NCBI RefSeq assembly: GCF_009914755.1
Contig: NC_060934.1
DNA: 64,000 nt
Source: the human T2T-CHM13v2.0 reference genome, Homo sapiens
Reading direction: 5' to 3' (one strand)
Under the pieces are notes generated by a model. That model was not told the origin of the DNA and did no database searches. It saw only the letters and a list, made by a program, of their open reading frames with translations. Each line of letters begins with the position of its first letter. Position 1 is the first letter of the stretch. This document shows, piece by piece, positions 41,390 through 54,829 of this stretch. The position numbers were made by a program, and so were the translations under genes.

Positions 41390-42066
41390 CCCTTCCCTCA
41401 CTCCAATACCCAGAAGCCAACCTCCAAGCTCCTGCTCTGACCTTCACACAGCCCCTCCTCGCTTCTCCGCCTGGCTGCACCATCAGCCTGTCCAGCCCAC
41501 CTTCCACCAGGGTGGCCTCCCAGAAACACAAACCAATCACATCACCCCCAGCTTCAAATCCTTCCAGCTCCTCTCTGCTATCAGTATGAGGTCCAGCTCC
41601 TGCTCCTGGGAGACCCACCTACCACTCAAACCTCCAGCCTCATCTTCTACCAAATCTCCCATCAGGCCAGTGCTCCAGCAAACCACCAGGCACTCCCTGC
41701 ACACCCCACAGATGGAGGTTTCTCATCTCTGCTTAGAATGCCATCTCCCACCACCATCTCTTATCCCTCATCTTAGGCAACCTGGTCAACTCCTATCTAC
41801 ATTTCAAAACCCCAACTAAAGTGTCTTTCAGGAAGCCTTCCCTAACTTCACTAGAGAGCAAAACTTTCCTGCCAGTCTATGCTGCTTCTAGGATAATTTC
41901 CCATTTATTCCATGAACTATAAATATTTGTTTCCATATCTATACTTTCCCCACTAGACTGGGAACATTTTGAGGAAAGGAGTTGTGCTGGAGCCATCCTG
42001 GAATCCCCTGCATTTAGCAGAGAGCCTGCCTTGCAGCAAGCTGTGAACAAATGTTTGTTGAAAGTA
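41390..42066 (+). mobile_element. LINE-2 3' region
   Basis: Pyrimidine-rich body; TCAGGAAGCCTTCCCTAAC; CCCCACTAGACTG; AAATGTTTGTTGAA tail resuming as TGAATGAATAAATGAAT after the Tigger2 element. Confidence 0.8.
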
Positions 42067-42491
42067 CAGTTGACACTTGAACAATGAGAGGTTGGGGCGC
42101 TGACCCCTCATGCAGTCAAAAATTTGAGTACAACTTTTGATTCCCTAAAAACTTAACTACTAATAACCCACTGTTGACCGGAAGCCTTACTGATACCATA
42201 AACAGTCTATTAACACATATTTGTGCATGTTGAATGTATTATATACTGTATTCTTACAATAAACTAGAGAAAAGAATCATAAGGAAGAGGGAAAGTATAT
42301 TTACTATTCCACTATTAAGTGGAAGTGGATCATCATAAAGATCATCATTCTTGTTGTCTTCACATTGAGTAGGCTGAGGGGGAGGAATAAGAGGGGCTGG
42401 TTATGCTATCTCAGGGTTGGGAGAGGAGAAAGAAAATCCTTGTGTAAATGGACCTACACAGTTCAAACCAATGCTGTTTAAGGGTCAACTG
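42067..42491. mobile_element. Tigger2-derived MITE (Tigger2a/MER28-like)
   Basis: TIRs CAGTTGACACTTGAACA...TGTTTAAGGGTCAACTG; TA on the left, CA on the right. Confidence 0.9.
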
Positions 42492-42739
42492 CATAGCTGA
42501 ATGAATAAATGAATCAACCCACTAGCACTAGATGCCAGCCGCCACCCCCTCCCTTCTCTCCTCTTCCCTCAAGCTGTGCGCTGCCTGGCCAGGGGAAGCC
42601 CCTCACCTCCTACATCACTCATGGCAAAGGCTGTCTCCCCACACCTGGCCCCCTAGTCCCCTGGCCTATCCATCTGCTTGACTAATGAATAGAACAAACT
42701 GTGTTCCATTTCCGGGGACTATGCCTGCCTTAAACTGCT

Positions 42740-43060
42740 TTGAAGAGCATAGCACCTGCTCACATATCAATTAAAATTATAATTAGGTGGTGAGAGTATA
42801 TAATTAAAATAACACGTTCCATCTCCCTCATTTACTGCTGCTGCTGGCTGTCTAGATGAAGTGAAGCAGTTCCCAGAGTGGATGGGGGTGGGGATCGCCT
42901 TTGTCTCCGCATGCACCATGCTTTCCTTCCAGGTGTCTCTTCTGGCACAGAAAGCAGATCCCCAAGGTTGCCCTAAGCAACCCAAGTGAAAAGGGTTTTC
43001 TGTCACTTGCTCAATTATGACTAACGCTCCTTGCCTGGTTATGGTTCGTGTCACATGTCA
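42740..43060. promoter_or_regulatory. Candidate homeodomain-rich enhancer
   Basis: CAATTAAAATTATAATTAGG...TATAATTAAAAT, CAATTATGACTAA, TGTCA sites. Confidence 0.4.
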
Positions 43061-45261
43061 GACTTTTTCAGGCCTCCACACCTTTTTACCTGAAGTAGAA
43101 GAAAGGCATTTAGGGCTATCTGTCTAAATGCCCTTCTTCTACTGTATGCATAAGAAACTCCTACTCATCCTTCAAAACCCAATTCTGACTTTCATCTGTG
43201 CTGGGTTCTGGGGACATAGGGGAGAAAAATGCAGTCCCTACTTCAAGGCACACACAATGCTGGGCATAATCATCCCCATGTTCCAGAGGAGGAAACCGAG
43301 GCTCCCTGATAATGGACCATGGTTGGGAGGCTGAGGATGTGGCCGGGTCTGCAGAGCCCTCCCACAGCCTCAGTCCCTCCCCACTTCCAGAACACAGGCC
43401 TGTTAAATCCACTGCCATCTCCTGGCCAGCCAGCGGTGCTGGCAGGTAAACCTGTCAAGTGGCATGTCCTGCTAAACAAGAATAGGAGTGTGGTTTGGGA
43501 GGAGCCATTTGCTGCTGCATGGTGCTTTGCAGAGATTTTGCTCAACCAGGAGATATGCCCACCACCTAGCACATCCTGCTGTAATATTTATGAAGTCCCA
43601 TTTTGGCAGAGCATAGGGGAAATCACTCCTTGCCTTTTAAAATTAAACTCACTTAGACTTTCATTGCTATAACCATTAAAACCAGAGTGTTAGCTACTGT
43701 CGGCTCCTCCGAGTTGATTTGCAGCCAGCCAGGGCTGCCTTATCCCTCTGCCTCCTCCAGGATGCCAGGTGGGGGAAAGACTCACAGTTATTGAGTACCT
43801 CCCAGGTGCTGGGCACTCTGTGGGGTATTTTACCTATGCTGCCTTGGCATTTCCAAAATGGGCTTTGCAAAGCACTAATTACACAGGATGTTAATAGGTG
43901 CTCTGCCAAATAAAGTTCCATGTTCAACTGAGCCTGCAAACACTGAGCTCACAAAAGTTAATGGGCTTCTTTACTGCAGGACTTCTCAGAGCCTTAAATA
44001 TGCTGATGTATGTGGTGATGTCCTCAAGAGAAGCATCTGGCTGGGTCATATGTATTTGGCCACAGAGGCTGTTTTCTCCTGCAATATTCAGTAAAATCAG
44101 TTGTACAGAATTCAATCTGGGACATACTGCTCTATTCTTCCCCAGCCTGGAAAGTGGCCATTGCTGTCCCTATTTTAGATATGAAGAAACACACTCATGA
44201 GGTCTCTCTCATTCACTGCTATATCCCCTGCATCCAGCATGGAGACCTCCACACAGCAGGCCCTTGACAAACAGCTGAGAGCTATATGAAGAGATGCCCA
44301 GCCAATGGCCATGGAGGGGAGAGCTGGGACAACACTCTGAAAGTATCTGACTCTTTCAAACTCCTCACACTTCCCATGGCCACTTCTCTAAAGCTCATGA
44401 AAGAACCCCTCTCCAACCTGCCCCACAACTGGGTAGACTGTGAAGGGACTGGGTATGCAGGAACCTGGCCTGGTCCCAACACAGGGTAAACCCTTAGAGG
44501 GGCCCTCTCACCCTAGTCCAGCTGAGTATGGTTTCCATGGGGCCTAACCAGCCAGTGAAGGGGCAGGAATCCAGGAGTCACATGAACATCACACCTGTTG
44601 ATCCCAAACATTGAAGACAGAAGGGCGGCAGGGGCTGCTCCACTCCACCTTTCTGAAGGCTGTGTCTCTATCACAGACAACTCCAGGTTGCTCTCCTAGG
44701 AGTCTGATCACTGGACTTACTTGTCCAGTGTTGTGTCTAAGAAGGAGATTGTTTCACAGTGTTTGCAATAAAATGTACACAATAACACATAGAAACACTA
44801 ATAGGATGCACAATGGCAGAGGCAGAGGCTAAACGCTGATCACTGTAATCCCCAGCCCCTGGCCAAGCACACACTTAGGAATTGGACAGGATTTCATGAT
44901 GGAATGGAAGAACCGTGACATCCAGGAAACAGAAGGCTGGGAGTGGGGGCCTCTAAGGATGTCAGTGCTCCTTGCAGCAGTGGCACCCTGGGCTCCGGGT
45001 CTCCTCTAGAGCCCAAGCAGGCAGCTGAAGAAGAAATACAAGTGTATGTCCACAACCCGGCCTCCTCCACGGTGACAATTAACGCTGTTTCCCACCATCA
45101 CCCGGTCCACACCTCCCCATACCCCTGCCGTCCTCTGGGTGCCTGGAACCCCGTGGTGTCCCCACCCAGTAGGCTCCAGGGCTGGTTTTCATATCAGGTA
45201 CTAAAGCGCAATGATTAGGTGACAAACCTCATTTGCCAGAAGGCAACACGCAGAGTCATAA

Positions 45262-45696
<435 letters not shown>

Positions 45697-46243
45697 AGCC
45701 TGGCCCACTCTCTATCTGACCGACTCATCGAACAACACTAACCACAAGCCAGCCAGCAGGAACGCAGCCCATCCCCTGTTAGGGAGGCCCCCCACGAGCC
45801 CACCGGCCACTCCAACCTGCATGTAGGCAGGACAGGACCAAAGGCTGCCTGGGAGAGTGGCTGTGCCGCCCCAGGCAGGAGCTGGGAGGCTTTGATCCTT
45901 GACTTTGTGCGCTCAGGAGTCTGTAGCCCGGGCCTTCCCACAGGGACACCATCCTGTAAGGGGCAGACAGCTTCCAACCACACTGGGCCCCAGCTACACC
46001 ACCACAGAAAGCCAGCACTCGGGGAGGCACTGACCCTCCCACGTCCTGAAATCGGGGAACTCCCATCAGTAGGGGTGGCCTAGACAGCCTGAAAACCACA
46101 AGGGAGAACCCCAGAGGTCAATGTCTACAGCCACCAAGGAAGAACTGCTCCTCGTGGTGGCCTGGAAGTTACAGTTCTGAATGTCCAGCGCAGTTTATTT
46201 GCTCACCTTATCCTGCTAACAGCCTTTCTCTTCCCTTTGGGAA

Positions 46244-46552
46244 CTTTTTTTTTTTTTTTTTTTTTTTTTTGAGATGGAGTCTTGCTCTATCCCCCAGGCT
46301 GGAGTGCAGTGACATGATCTCGGCTTACTGAAACCTCGGTCTCCCAGGTTCAAGCGATTCTCCTGCCTCAGCCTCCCGAGTAGCTGGGATTACAGGCGCC
46401 CGCCACCACACCCAGCTAATTTTTGTATTATTAGTAGAGACAGGGTTTCGCCATGTTGGCCAGGCTGGTCTCAAACCCCTGACCTCAGGTGATCCATCTG
46501 CCTCGGCCTCCCGAAGTGCTGGGATTACAGGCGTGAGCCACCGTACCTGGCC
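46244..46552 (-). mobile_element. AluSx
   Basis: Antisense dimer, long poly(T), TSD-like GGAACTT. Confidence 0.96.
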
Positions 46553-46569
46553 TGGAACTTCTTTCTAAT

Positions 46570-47050
46570 TCCACCTGGTTTTAGAAAGAAGTGAGACACG
46601 TGGCTTGGGCTGGCCAATGAAAATACTCCTCCCTGATAACACTGATTGGCTCTTGGATGGGCACATGACCCAGGCTGTGCCCGTCAGGATACTCCCATCC
46701 CTGGTAACACTCATTGGTTCATGGATAGGCACATGACCCAGGCTGGGCCAATCAGGATATCCATTCCCTTGTTGCACTGATTGGTTCATGGATAAGCACA
46801 TGAACCAGGGTGGGCCAATCAGAGTCCTCTGAAGACCTCTTTCCCCTCGAGTGGAAAGGGAATGTGGTCTTTTCTCTGCCATTTTTGCTAAGCCCGAATA
46901 GTGGATGACGTGGAAGGAGCCTGTACAAAATGAAGTCAAGCAGAGCCACAAAGAGATACTCTACAGCCCCGAATCCAGCCTGCCCTGAATCCCCTTTTGG
47001 CAAAGGCCAGGGTGAATTGGATCTTTGTCCTGTACAACCGAAGAAACCAC
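46570..47050 (+). mobile_element. Old ERVL/MaLR LTR (MLT1K/L-like) with internal ~67-bp tandem repeat
   Basis: GATTGGTTCATGGATAGGCACATGACCCAGGCTGGGCCAATCAG motif and an MLT1-like 3' end. Confidence 0.65.
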
Positions 47051-47093
47051 AGCTGGAATTCATTTGGGAAACTTGCTGGTCCCTCCCACCTAA

Positions 47094-47402
<309 letters not shown>

Positions 47403-47404
47403 CC

Positions 47405-47600
47405 CATTTTAATTCACACAAATACCCTGGGTATTTAATTCACACAAATACCCTGGGTGGCAGGGCCTATGTTTATCCCCATTTTATAGATGAGGAAAGT
47501 GAAGCTCAGAGAGCTTCAGTAAGTTGCTCAAGGTCAAAAACTAGTCGGTGACAGAGCTGGGGTTCAGATCCAGCTGGTCTGCCTCCAAAGTGCTATCTCT
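47405..47600 (-). mobile_element. MIR containing a 26-bp tandem duplication
   Basis: ATCCCCATTTTATAGATGAGGAAAGTGAAGCTCAGAGAG core. Confidence 0.85.
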
Positions 47601-49945
47601 CACCTCCTCTCTCAATTCAAAGGCAAGCTCCACGTACCATGTCCACCCTGAACCCCAGCACCCAACACAGTGCCTGGTGCCTGGCCCAAACAAGACACCA
47701 GTGAACATCTGTGAAGTGAACAAATGCTCTCTGCCCTGCCACACCTGGACATCTCCTAGGAGCCTCCCAGGAATCCTGCACTTTCGAGAAACATCTCCTG
47801 AGCTGCAAGGGAAGGCAGGGGAGGAGGAGGAGGAGGTATGGGGTGAGAGAAGCCACCAAGGCTGGCAGAGGCCAGGCCAGGGCACCTCAAAGCCCCATGC
47901 GGGAAGCCTGGGGATTGGCACGGGCCTGCCCATGGGGAGTGGATTCGGTGATTACCCAGTGCTGGCTCCACCTACACTAATTAACTTGCAGCTCCCAGGG
48001 ATGTGGTAGTTCCCACTGCACCCTGTGGCTGGGCTAGGCAGGCAGAACCACACTGCAGGATGCACACCGAGGAAGAAAGCTTAGGCCTTTGCCTCCTGCT
48101 GGGGAGGAGAACCTAGAGCCGGCCCTCAGGCATGGCCATGTGAGCAGCCTCACAGGCAGTGAGGAGGCCAGCTGCACCTTTCTGAGGAACCCACGACAGC
48201 AAAGGAGGGAACGAGCAGAGTGGGGAGGCTGGGAGTCAGCAGACCAAAGTGACCTCAAGAGGAGGTGTCAAGGTCTGGGGTCTGGCAGCCAGCTCAGAGG
48301 TATTTAGTCCTCCATGCAACCTGCATTGATGGAACACCTGCTGTATGCAAGGCACGGCGCTAGAGATGAGGACCCAAAAGACAGCAATCCCTGCCCTCCT
48401 AACGCTTCCACTTGGGATAGAGGTGAACGAGCAACAACAAGGTTAACCCATCGTCCAGCCAAGTGGCCTATTAAAAGGAGATGAGAACTACGGAGAAAGA
48501 CAGGCAGCACCAGGAGGACGGGAGGGGCGGCAGTGGGGTGGGGAGCAGGGTGAAATTCTGCATGGATCCCAGGGAAGAACTCACAGAGGCGGAGACAGCA
48601 GGGACTGGAGGAGGGGAGAGTGAGCCTCACAGATGAGGGAGAGTGCCCCTTGCAGCAGTTGGGAGGCTCCAGGGGAGAAGGTCAAGCAGCCAAGCAGCGG
48701 AATGGAAAGCCCAGGAGTTGCTGAGCAAGGATCAGAGCAAGGGGACACTCAGACACCCAGCTGAGAGTGCGGGGATGAAATGAGGAGAGATGCATAGCAA
48801 GCAAAGCCCCGAACCACCAAAAAGTCAGTCAGCAACTCCAGGGGAAGCAAAATATCGGACAGGAAAGGCTAAGGCAGCGCTTCCCTAACTGGGCTGTGCT
48901 GTGTGTTGACACAGGCCTAATGCAGAAAACGTGCACCACGGATCTGACCAGACTGCAGAGCACCGTCATGACCTGCCACCCAGAGGGCAGGATGCAGGGC
49001 ACAGAGGGAGAGAGAGCCCACAATTCCCCTCCTCTGAGGCAAGAAGCCAATACAGACGTCCACAAGGGGAATATCAAGGGGTGGAGCCAAGCATGCACTT
49101 GGGAACTCTGCAGGTGAATACTCCAGGGGCACAGGGGCCTCCGGGGGAGTAAGGCAGGGGAGGGGAGTCACTGTTTCTCTAGACCATAGAAGTCACGGGC
49201 TCTTGAAACTATCTGCATGAATAACTTTGATACAACCAAAAACTAGAAGGGGAGGAGGGAAGAAGGAAAAAGGCAAGATGGCCCTGCCTGCTGAAGTCCC
49301 CATGGCAGCCAGGGCCTACAAAGAGGGAGCAGAGCAACTGGATGAGGACTGGAGCGGGAAGCTGCCTGGAGGCGGTGGCCCTGGACAAACACCTGGAGGG
49401 TGTCAAGGGAGGAAGAGAAAGGCCTTCACTCTGCCTCTCAGGAGCCTACTCCTGCTCAGGCCTCCTCCTAGTCAAGGACCACAGGCAGCCCCCAACCCTG
49501 TCCCCCTTGACAGTGGGCCTGTCTGTCCAGTCCCTACAGCAGACAGATCCAGGCTAGCTACTGTAATCCCCTGGCTCTCAGAGGGAGCCCTGCCTTCCCC
49601 GACCCCCACTCGCCCTTCTGTCTTTACCTCCTCCTGGGCACTTGTCCTTTGGCCTCTGGCGTTTGCATATGCTGTGTATCCTCCCTCCTCCTTATTGTTC
49701 AGGTTTCATTTAAGAAACCCCCTGCTCCAGGGACTGTCCCTGATCCCCCAGGTCCATCCTTTCAACTTAGTCCCCTAAAACACAAAAACAAAGGGAGCAG
49801 AGTGCTTCTAGAGATAGCAAGAAAACCCTACCACCGACAGGGAGCTCTGGATGCCCCAGAGCCTGCACTGCCCACTAAACAGTCCCGGAGGATGGAGGAG
49901 AAGATGGGACTAGGATGAGGCCCTGGTGGGACCCTGGGTACTTAC

Positions 49946-50135
49946 GCGGGTGCCCCTCCCTCACACGTTTCCAGAAGGGCCCGCTTAGGGAAATGCTTAA
50001 CCAAGGACCTTAAAGGTGGCTTTTCAGCAGCCAGTGAGGGTGAGCATCCTCCCCCACAGGGCTCCCGGCCACGGCTTTCCCTCAGCCTGAGCACTCCCTC
50101 TCCTGCGGCTCCCAGAGCTAGGCCCTCCTCACCAG
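49946..50135 (-). other. Candidate 190-nt exon (probably non-coding or UTR)
   Basis: Minus-strand acceptor TGTTCTCTCGGTGTGTCTGTTATTTACAG and donor CGC|GTAAGT. Confidence 0.35.
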
Positions 50136-52759
50136 CTGTAAATAACAGACACACCGAGAGAACATGTCACAAAACCACGGACACATTTCACAACACGTAG
50201 TCTCTTGCTATGAGCCTGGCATTTACATCTGCGGAGTTGGTGCCTCGGGCAGTGGGGTAGACGCACAGCTCTGCCCCTCTTCCCAGCCCTGTCTGCCCAG
50301 AGAGGGGCCCTGGGCTCAAAGGGCCTGGACCGAGTGGCTTCCAAATGGGGTTTCCAGGCTCAAGAGCTGTGCGCCTGCAGTTCTTAGTCTGTGGAGCCCC
50401 AATTTAGGGATCTGGCCTCAGGGACTTTCCAGGGAGCATCTTTGCCTTGGATTCTGTGCCAGAGTTTCCAAGCCCAGCCCAGGGATTGGGATTTTTAGGG
50501 CACTAATTCTAGAAGTTCTATCGTGAGATGGGGAGCAAGTCCTGAGCTTGAGGTTCTCATCTGGGAGCTTTTAAAGAAGAGTCACCCTGGGCCCCTCCAA
50601 CTGAGGGGCTGGTGTGACCTTCCGGGCCTCATCCACCTCTGCTTACTCCCTAGTTTTTGCAGAGACTTCCCACACTGTTGAAGGACCCTCAGTCAGTGGG
50701 GGCTCCAAACCAAGTGCCCCATGTGTTCAGGAGCAGGGATGAGAGGGGAGTACTCAAATAGGCAGGTCACACGGCCCTCATGCTGCGGGCACTGCTGCAC
50801 ACAGCCAGTGTCAGAAACCAGAGAGGGCTGTAGCTCACAAAGGCCACACAGCAGTGCTGGGCCAGCCAGCAGGTCCAAGTCCAGGTCCCAGTGATGCCTC
50901 TACCCCAGGTCCAGAGAACCAAGAAGGAAGTGAGGTGGAAATCAAGATGAACCCAGCTCCTTTCCCAGTACACACACACTCCACTATGTCCTCACCCAAG
51001 GTCTGTCAAGCCTCAGAAGTCTTTTGGGCAACTTGGCTGGCCTAACTGGGATAGCCCAACCCAGTTAAGGGGCTGGCTGGGCCCTGTTATATACCCAAGG
51101 GGGACTGAGACCCACGGGCTGGCCATGCCCCCAGGACGGAGTGGGAAGGGCAGGCCTGAGGGACATCCAGAGAACAGGAAGTTTGGCCCAGCTGGGCCCA
51201 TCCTCCAGGAAGCCCTAGGGAGCCCACGCTGCTTCCCTGCCCAGGAGCAGCCTGAGTCGGGTAGCGAGCTACCCCCTCCATGGCAGCATACCCCTCAGCA
51301 TTGAGGGAGCCCCAGCAGTGGGCAAACCCTGTGCGCTGTGAGCCCCGGCCCGACAGCCCATTCCGGAGAAGGGCTGACCATTGAAAGGTCTTATTTGTCA
51401 TAAATACAAATGTTTGTTCCTGTGAAAAGCACAGGCTCTTTAAAGATAAAGATCCTGGCGTTCCTTGCTGTATATGCCCAAGGCCAGGGCCAGTCCACAG
51501 TAGGCACTCAGGAAATGAATGGACATTTCCTTTATACTATCCCCACTGAAGGATCAACAGAGGACTTTATGCAGCAGCCTTTCAGCCACACGAATGTTCT
51601 CTCTGCTGATAGCACTCTCCATCACTTGTGCTCTTAAAACCTTGTTTTGGAGATGTTCAGAATTCCATCCAGGAATTAGGGTTGGGTTTTCTGCAGAGGG
51701 TTATTCACCTTCTTCTAACAGAACAGAACCTCCCAGTTCTCATCTTAAGCTACCTCACAGCAAATTTTCTGGATTTCTATATATAAAATAAATCATTTAA
51801 CAAAAAAATCTGTATCTACAGTGTATGGAACAAAAGAAGATTTCAAAGCCCATTAACTCACAGAGATGGTATGTTACTGGGAGAATATGGGCTGTATAAT
51901 TAAAACAATTTAAATCCAATTATAAGAAGACAGTGGGCTTTACTGCCTGCCACCATCTCACTAATGGAAAGAAACCCAATATCTTGAGTTTTCTAAAATT
52001 ACTGTAAAATTATGAATTAGAACACATAGGTACCATCGCTCCACTGCTCTGTATTACTGATAAAATGAGATGAAATATTCCTTGCAGAGAAATATTCCTT
52101 GCAGAGAACATAAGCCATTGTTGGCTCAGAGCTCTGCTGGGCATACACAGCCTCTGGTGGCTGAGGCCCCCAAGGTGGGAAAGGAGGTGGTCAGCCAGTG
52201 TGAGAGGGTATCCTTTCTGGAGATCCCAGCCTTGAAGTTAATGAGGCGTGAATCCCCACACCTCCCTAGTGAACCATGGCACCCTGTGTCTGATGAGAGA
52301 GAATCGCTGTCATGCAGGGGGATGGACAGAATGACAGTCATGGCCCAGCCAGGGACCCCGCCTTGTGCAGCACAAGTGTGTATTTCAGTCTGAACTGGGG
52401 GAGAATGTCCAGAGCTGTGATGAAGGAAATCAACAGTGAGAGCACCCCCACTAGCCAATCACCTGCTGGGAGCTGGGGTGGGAAAGCACGTGGCCACGCC
52501 TGGCCCTTGGCGTTCCATCTCTGCGTCATGAAGGGCCACCGTTCATTGGCTGGCCCTGGCCGCCCCTTGGCACCACCCAGGAAGCTCTTAGAGAATACCA
52601 GTGCCTGGGCCCTTGCCCAGCTTGTTAAATCAGGCTCTCTGGGGTGGAGCCTGGGCACTGACACTTGACTGAATTCCTGGGGCCTGGGTCTGCTGTGCCC
52701 ACAGTGGCTGGCACTGGGTCAACCCTCAAGAGACATGTGGGCAGGGAACAAATGGGCAC

Positions 52760-52930
52760 CCACTGTATGCACACCATGTCTTCAGACTCTCAAAACAATT
52801 CTTCAAGGTAGATGTGAGTATCCCCATCCTACAGATGAGGAAACTGAGGCTCAGATATGTAGAGGAACATGCACTGACTCGCACAGCCAATAAGAGGCAG
52901 AAGAGGGACTCAGCCCAGCCACAGCACTGT
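52760..52930 (-). mobile_element. MIR
   Basis: ATCCCCATCCTACAGATGAGGAAACTGAGGCTCAGA. Confidence 0.85.
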
Positions 52931-54829
52931 CCAGTGTCAAAGATGATTCAGAGACTTCGCCCTATCCCACCTGCCTTCCCCCCAGCCAAGACTGGCCCAC
53001 ATGTGCCCCACACTGGACCAGAAGCTAGGGGAGGAGCAGGGACCAGCAAGAGCCAGGTGCTGCCTCTGAGGCCGTGGTGGTCTAGCAATGCCACCAGGTG
53101 CTGGGGAGAAATGGAGCACAGCCCCTCCTATACCAGCCTCTTTTGGAGCCAAAGTACACTTGTAGGATATAATTTACACACACCAGGAAAGCCCTGTCTT
53201 GACACCTGAATTTTACCATTAGGTCATTCTAAGAAGTCTAGCAGAATTTGGGTCTCTAGACAACTCTTGTGGCCCATGTCACATCCTCTCAGCCACCTCT
53301 CTTCCTGTTGCTGTGGTGACTGGCTGCATACGGGCATCCCTGGGCAGCCCTCATCTCTGCTCAGCAGGGGGCTCTCTGCTGGCACCAGGCGGGAACTGCC
53401 CAGCCAAGCTGCTGCACAAACCTGGAATACCTGGGAAGGGAGCAGCACCGGGTCCCTCTGACCAGTGAGGAGTGGGCTGGTGGATAAATGCTCCCACTTT
53501 CCCTGCCCGGATGGACAATCCAGATGCATTTTTTTGTGGTTCCCTGGAGGGCCCCAGCAGGAATGAGCTCCAGTGGCCCACGGCAGTGACCAATCAGACT
53601 GGCCTTCCCTCCTGCCCTGATTCACACTTCCTCTTCCCTTGGCACATGTTCCAAAGTCCACTGCTGGTGCATGAGCCTTCATCTCAGATGTCTGACATGA
53701 GACATCTTCATCTTCATGTCTGCATGGAGGGGCCTCGAGCTGCCATATGTTATGAAATGCAGGTACCCTTGTCATAAGCCAGCACCATCTCAACAGTATA
53801 TGTAATAAAGTCACTCAGAGTGGTGCAGCTTGGGTGGACAGGAACAGGGGACCCTGGGGTGGAAAAGAGAGAGGCCTGGGGCTATCAGACCTACCACCAG
53901 GCCTTGGGCAAATTTGGGGGTCTAAGCCCTGCTTCCCATCCAGGGAGAAGCCAGCTAGCCTAGCAGCCTGGTCCTCCTTTCCCCTCTCTGTGGCAGACCA
54001 GGCATCTGTGGCCATGGGAGGCAGAAGCCAGGCTTAGGGATGGGCCTCAGCCATGTAGAAGTCCTGAAACCTCCAAGAATGGTACGCGCTGCACCTGGGA
54101 TCCTCAGGGAGCGGCCCTGAATCCAGAGCACAGATGCCTGCAGAGGCAGGGGTTGGGGGAGCTGACTAGCCTGTGCAATTCTGCCATCCCCACAGGCCTC
54201 TCTCCTCACAGCTTAAGGGCCTAGATGGAGGCACATGGCTCTGAGCCCCAGCGATGTCCCCTCCAGTGGCCCACATCCTAGATCCTTTGATGCTCAGGGG
54301 TTCAGTCCTGAGCCACTTCTGCCTGTACCAGAGGGAAGCCCTAAGGCCCCTGCAGACTTTGCCAGGATGTCAGCACCTCCTCCATCTATGCCCAGGGACC
54401 CTGGACAGCTCACCTCTGAGCCCTAGCTCCAGCTATGCCACTGCCTGGAGTGCCTGCCTCCCTTTCTTCACCTGACCAACCACTGTTCCACACTTAAGAC
54501 TCAGCTCAGAAGTCACTTCTTCCAGGAAGCCTCCCCTGGTTAACCCCAAGCCCAGGCTAGGTTAGGCACCACCCCTGTGCTCCCACACCCCTGGGCAGGC
54601 TTCATTCTCTTGTAGCATGCTTCACATTCTTAGGCCACTCGTCTGTCCCTGCCACACCCAGCTAGTGGCCATAGTATGCAGAGTGTCCAGACACGCTGCT
54701 GGGTGTGGCCTGCCAGGGCAACTCCAGCACATGGGTTCTGCCAGCTGGAAACACCGTCTCCGCCCCAGCCCACCTTACACCCCTTAAGAAGGCTCACGTT
54801 TCTTCTTGGACCACCACCACCTGCTTTCT

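Noticed and set aside
46607-46826. CRISPR-like periodic repeat
   Set aside because: Whole units are homologous with no unique spacers; eukaryotic LTR context and no cas genes
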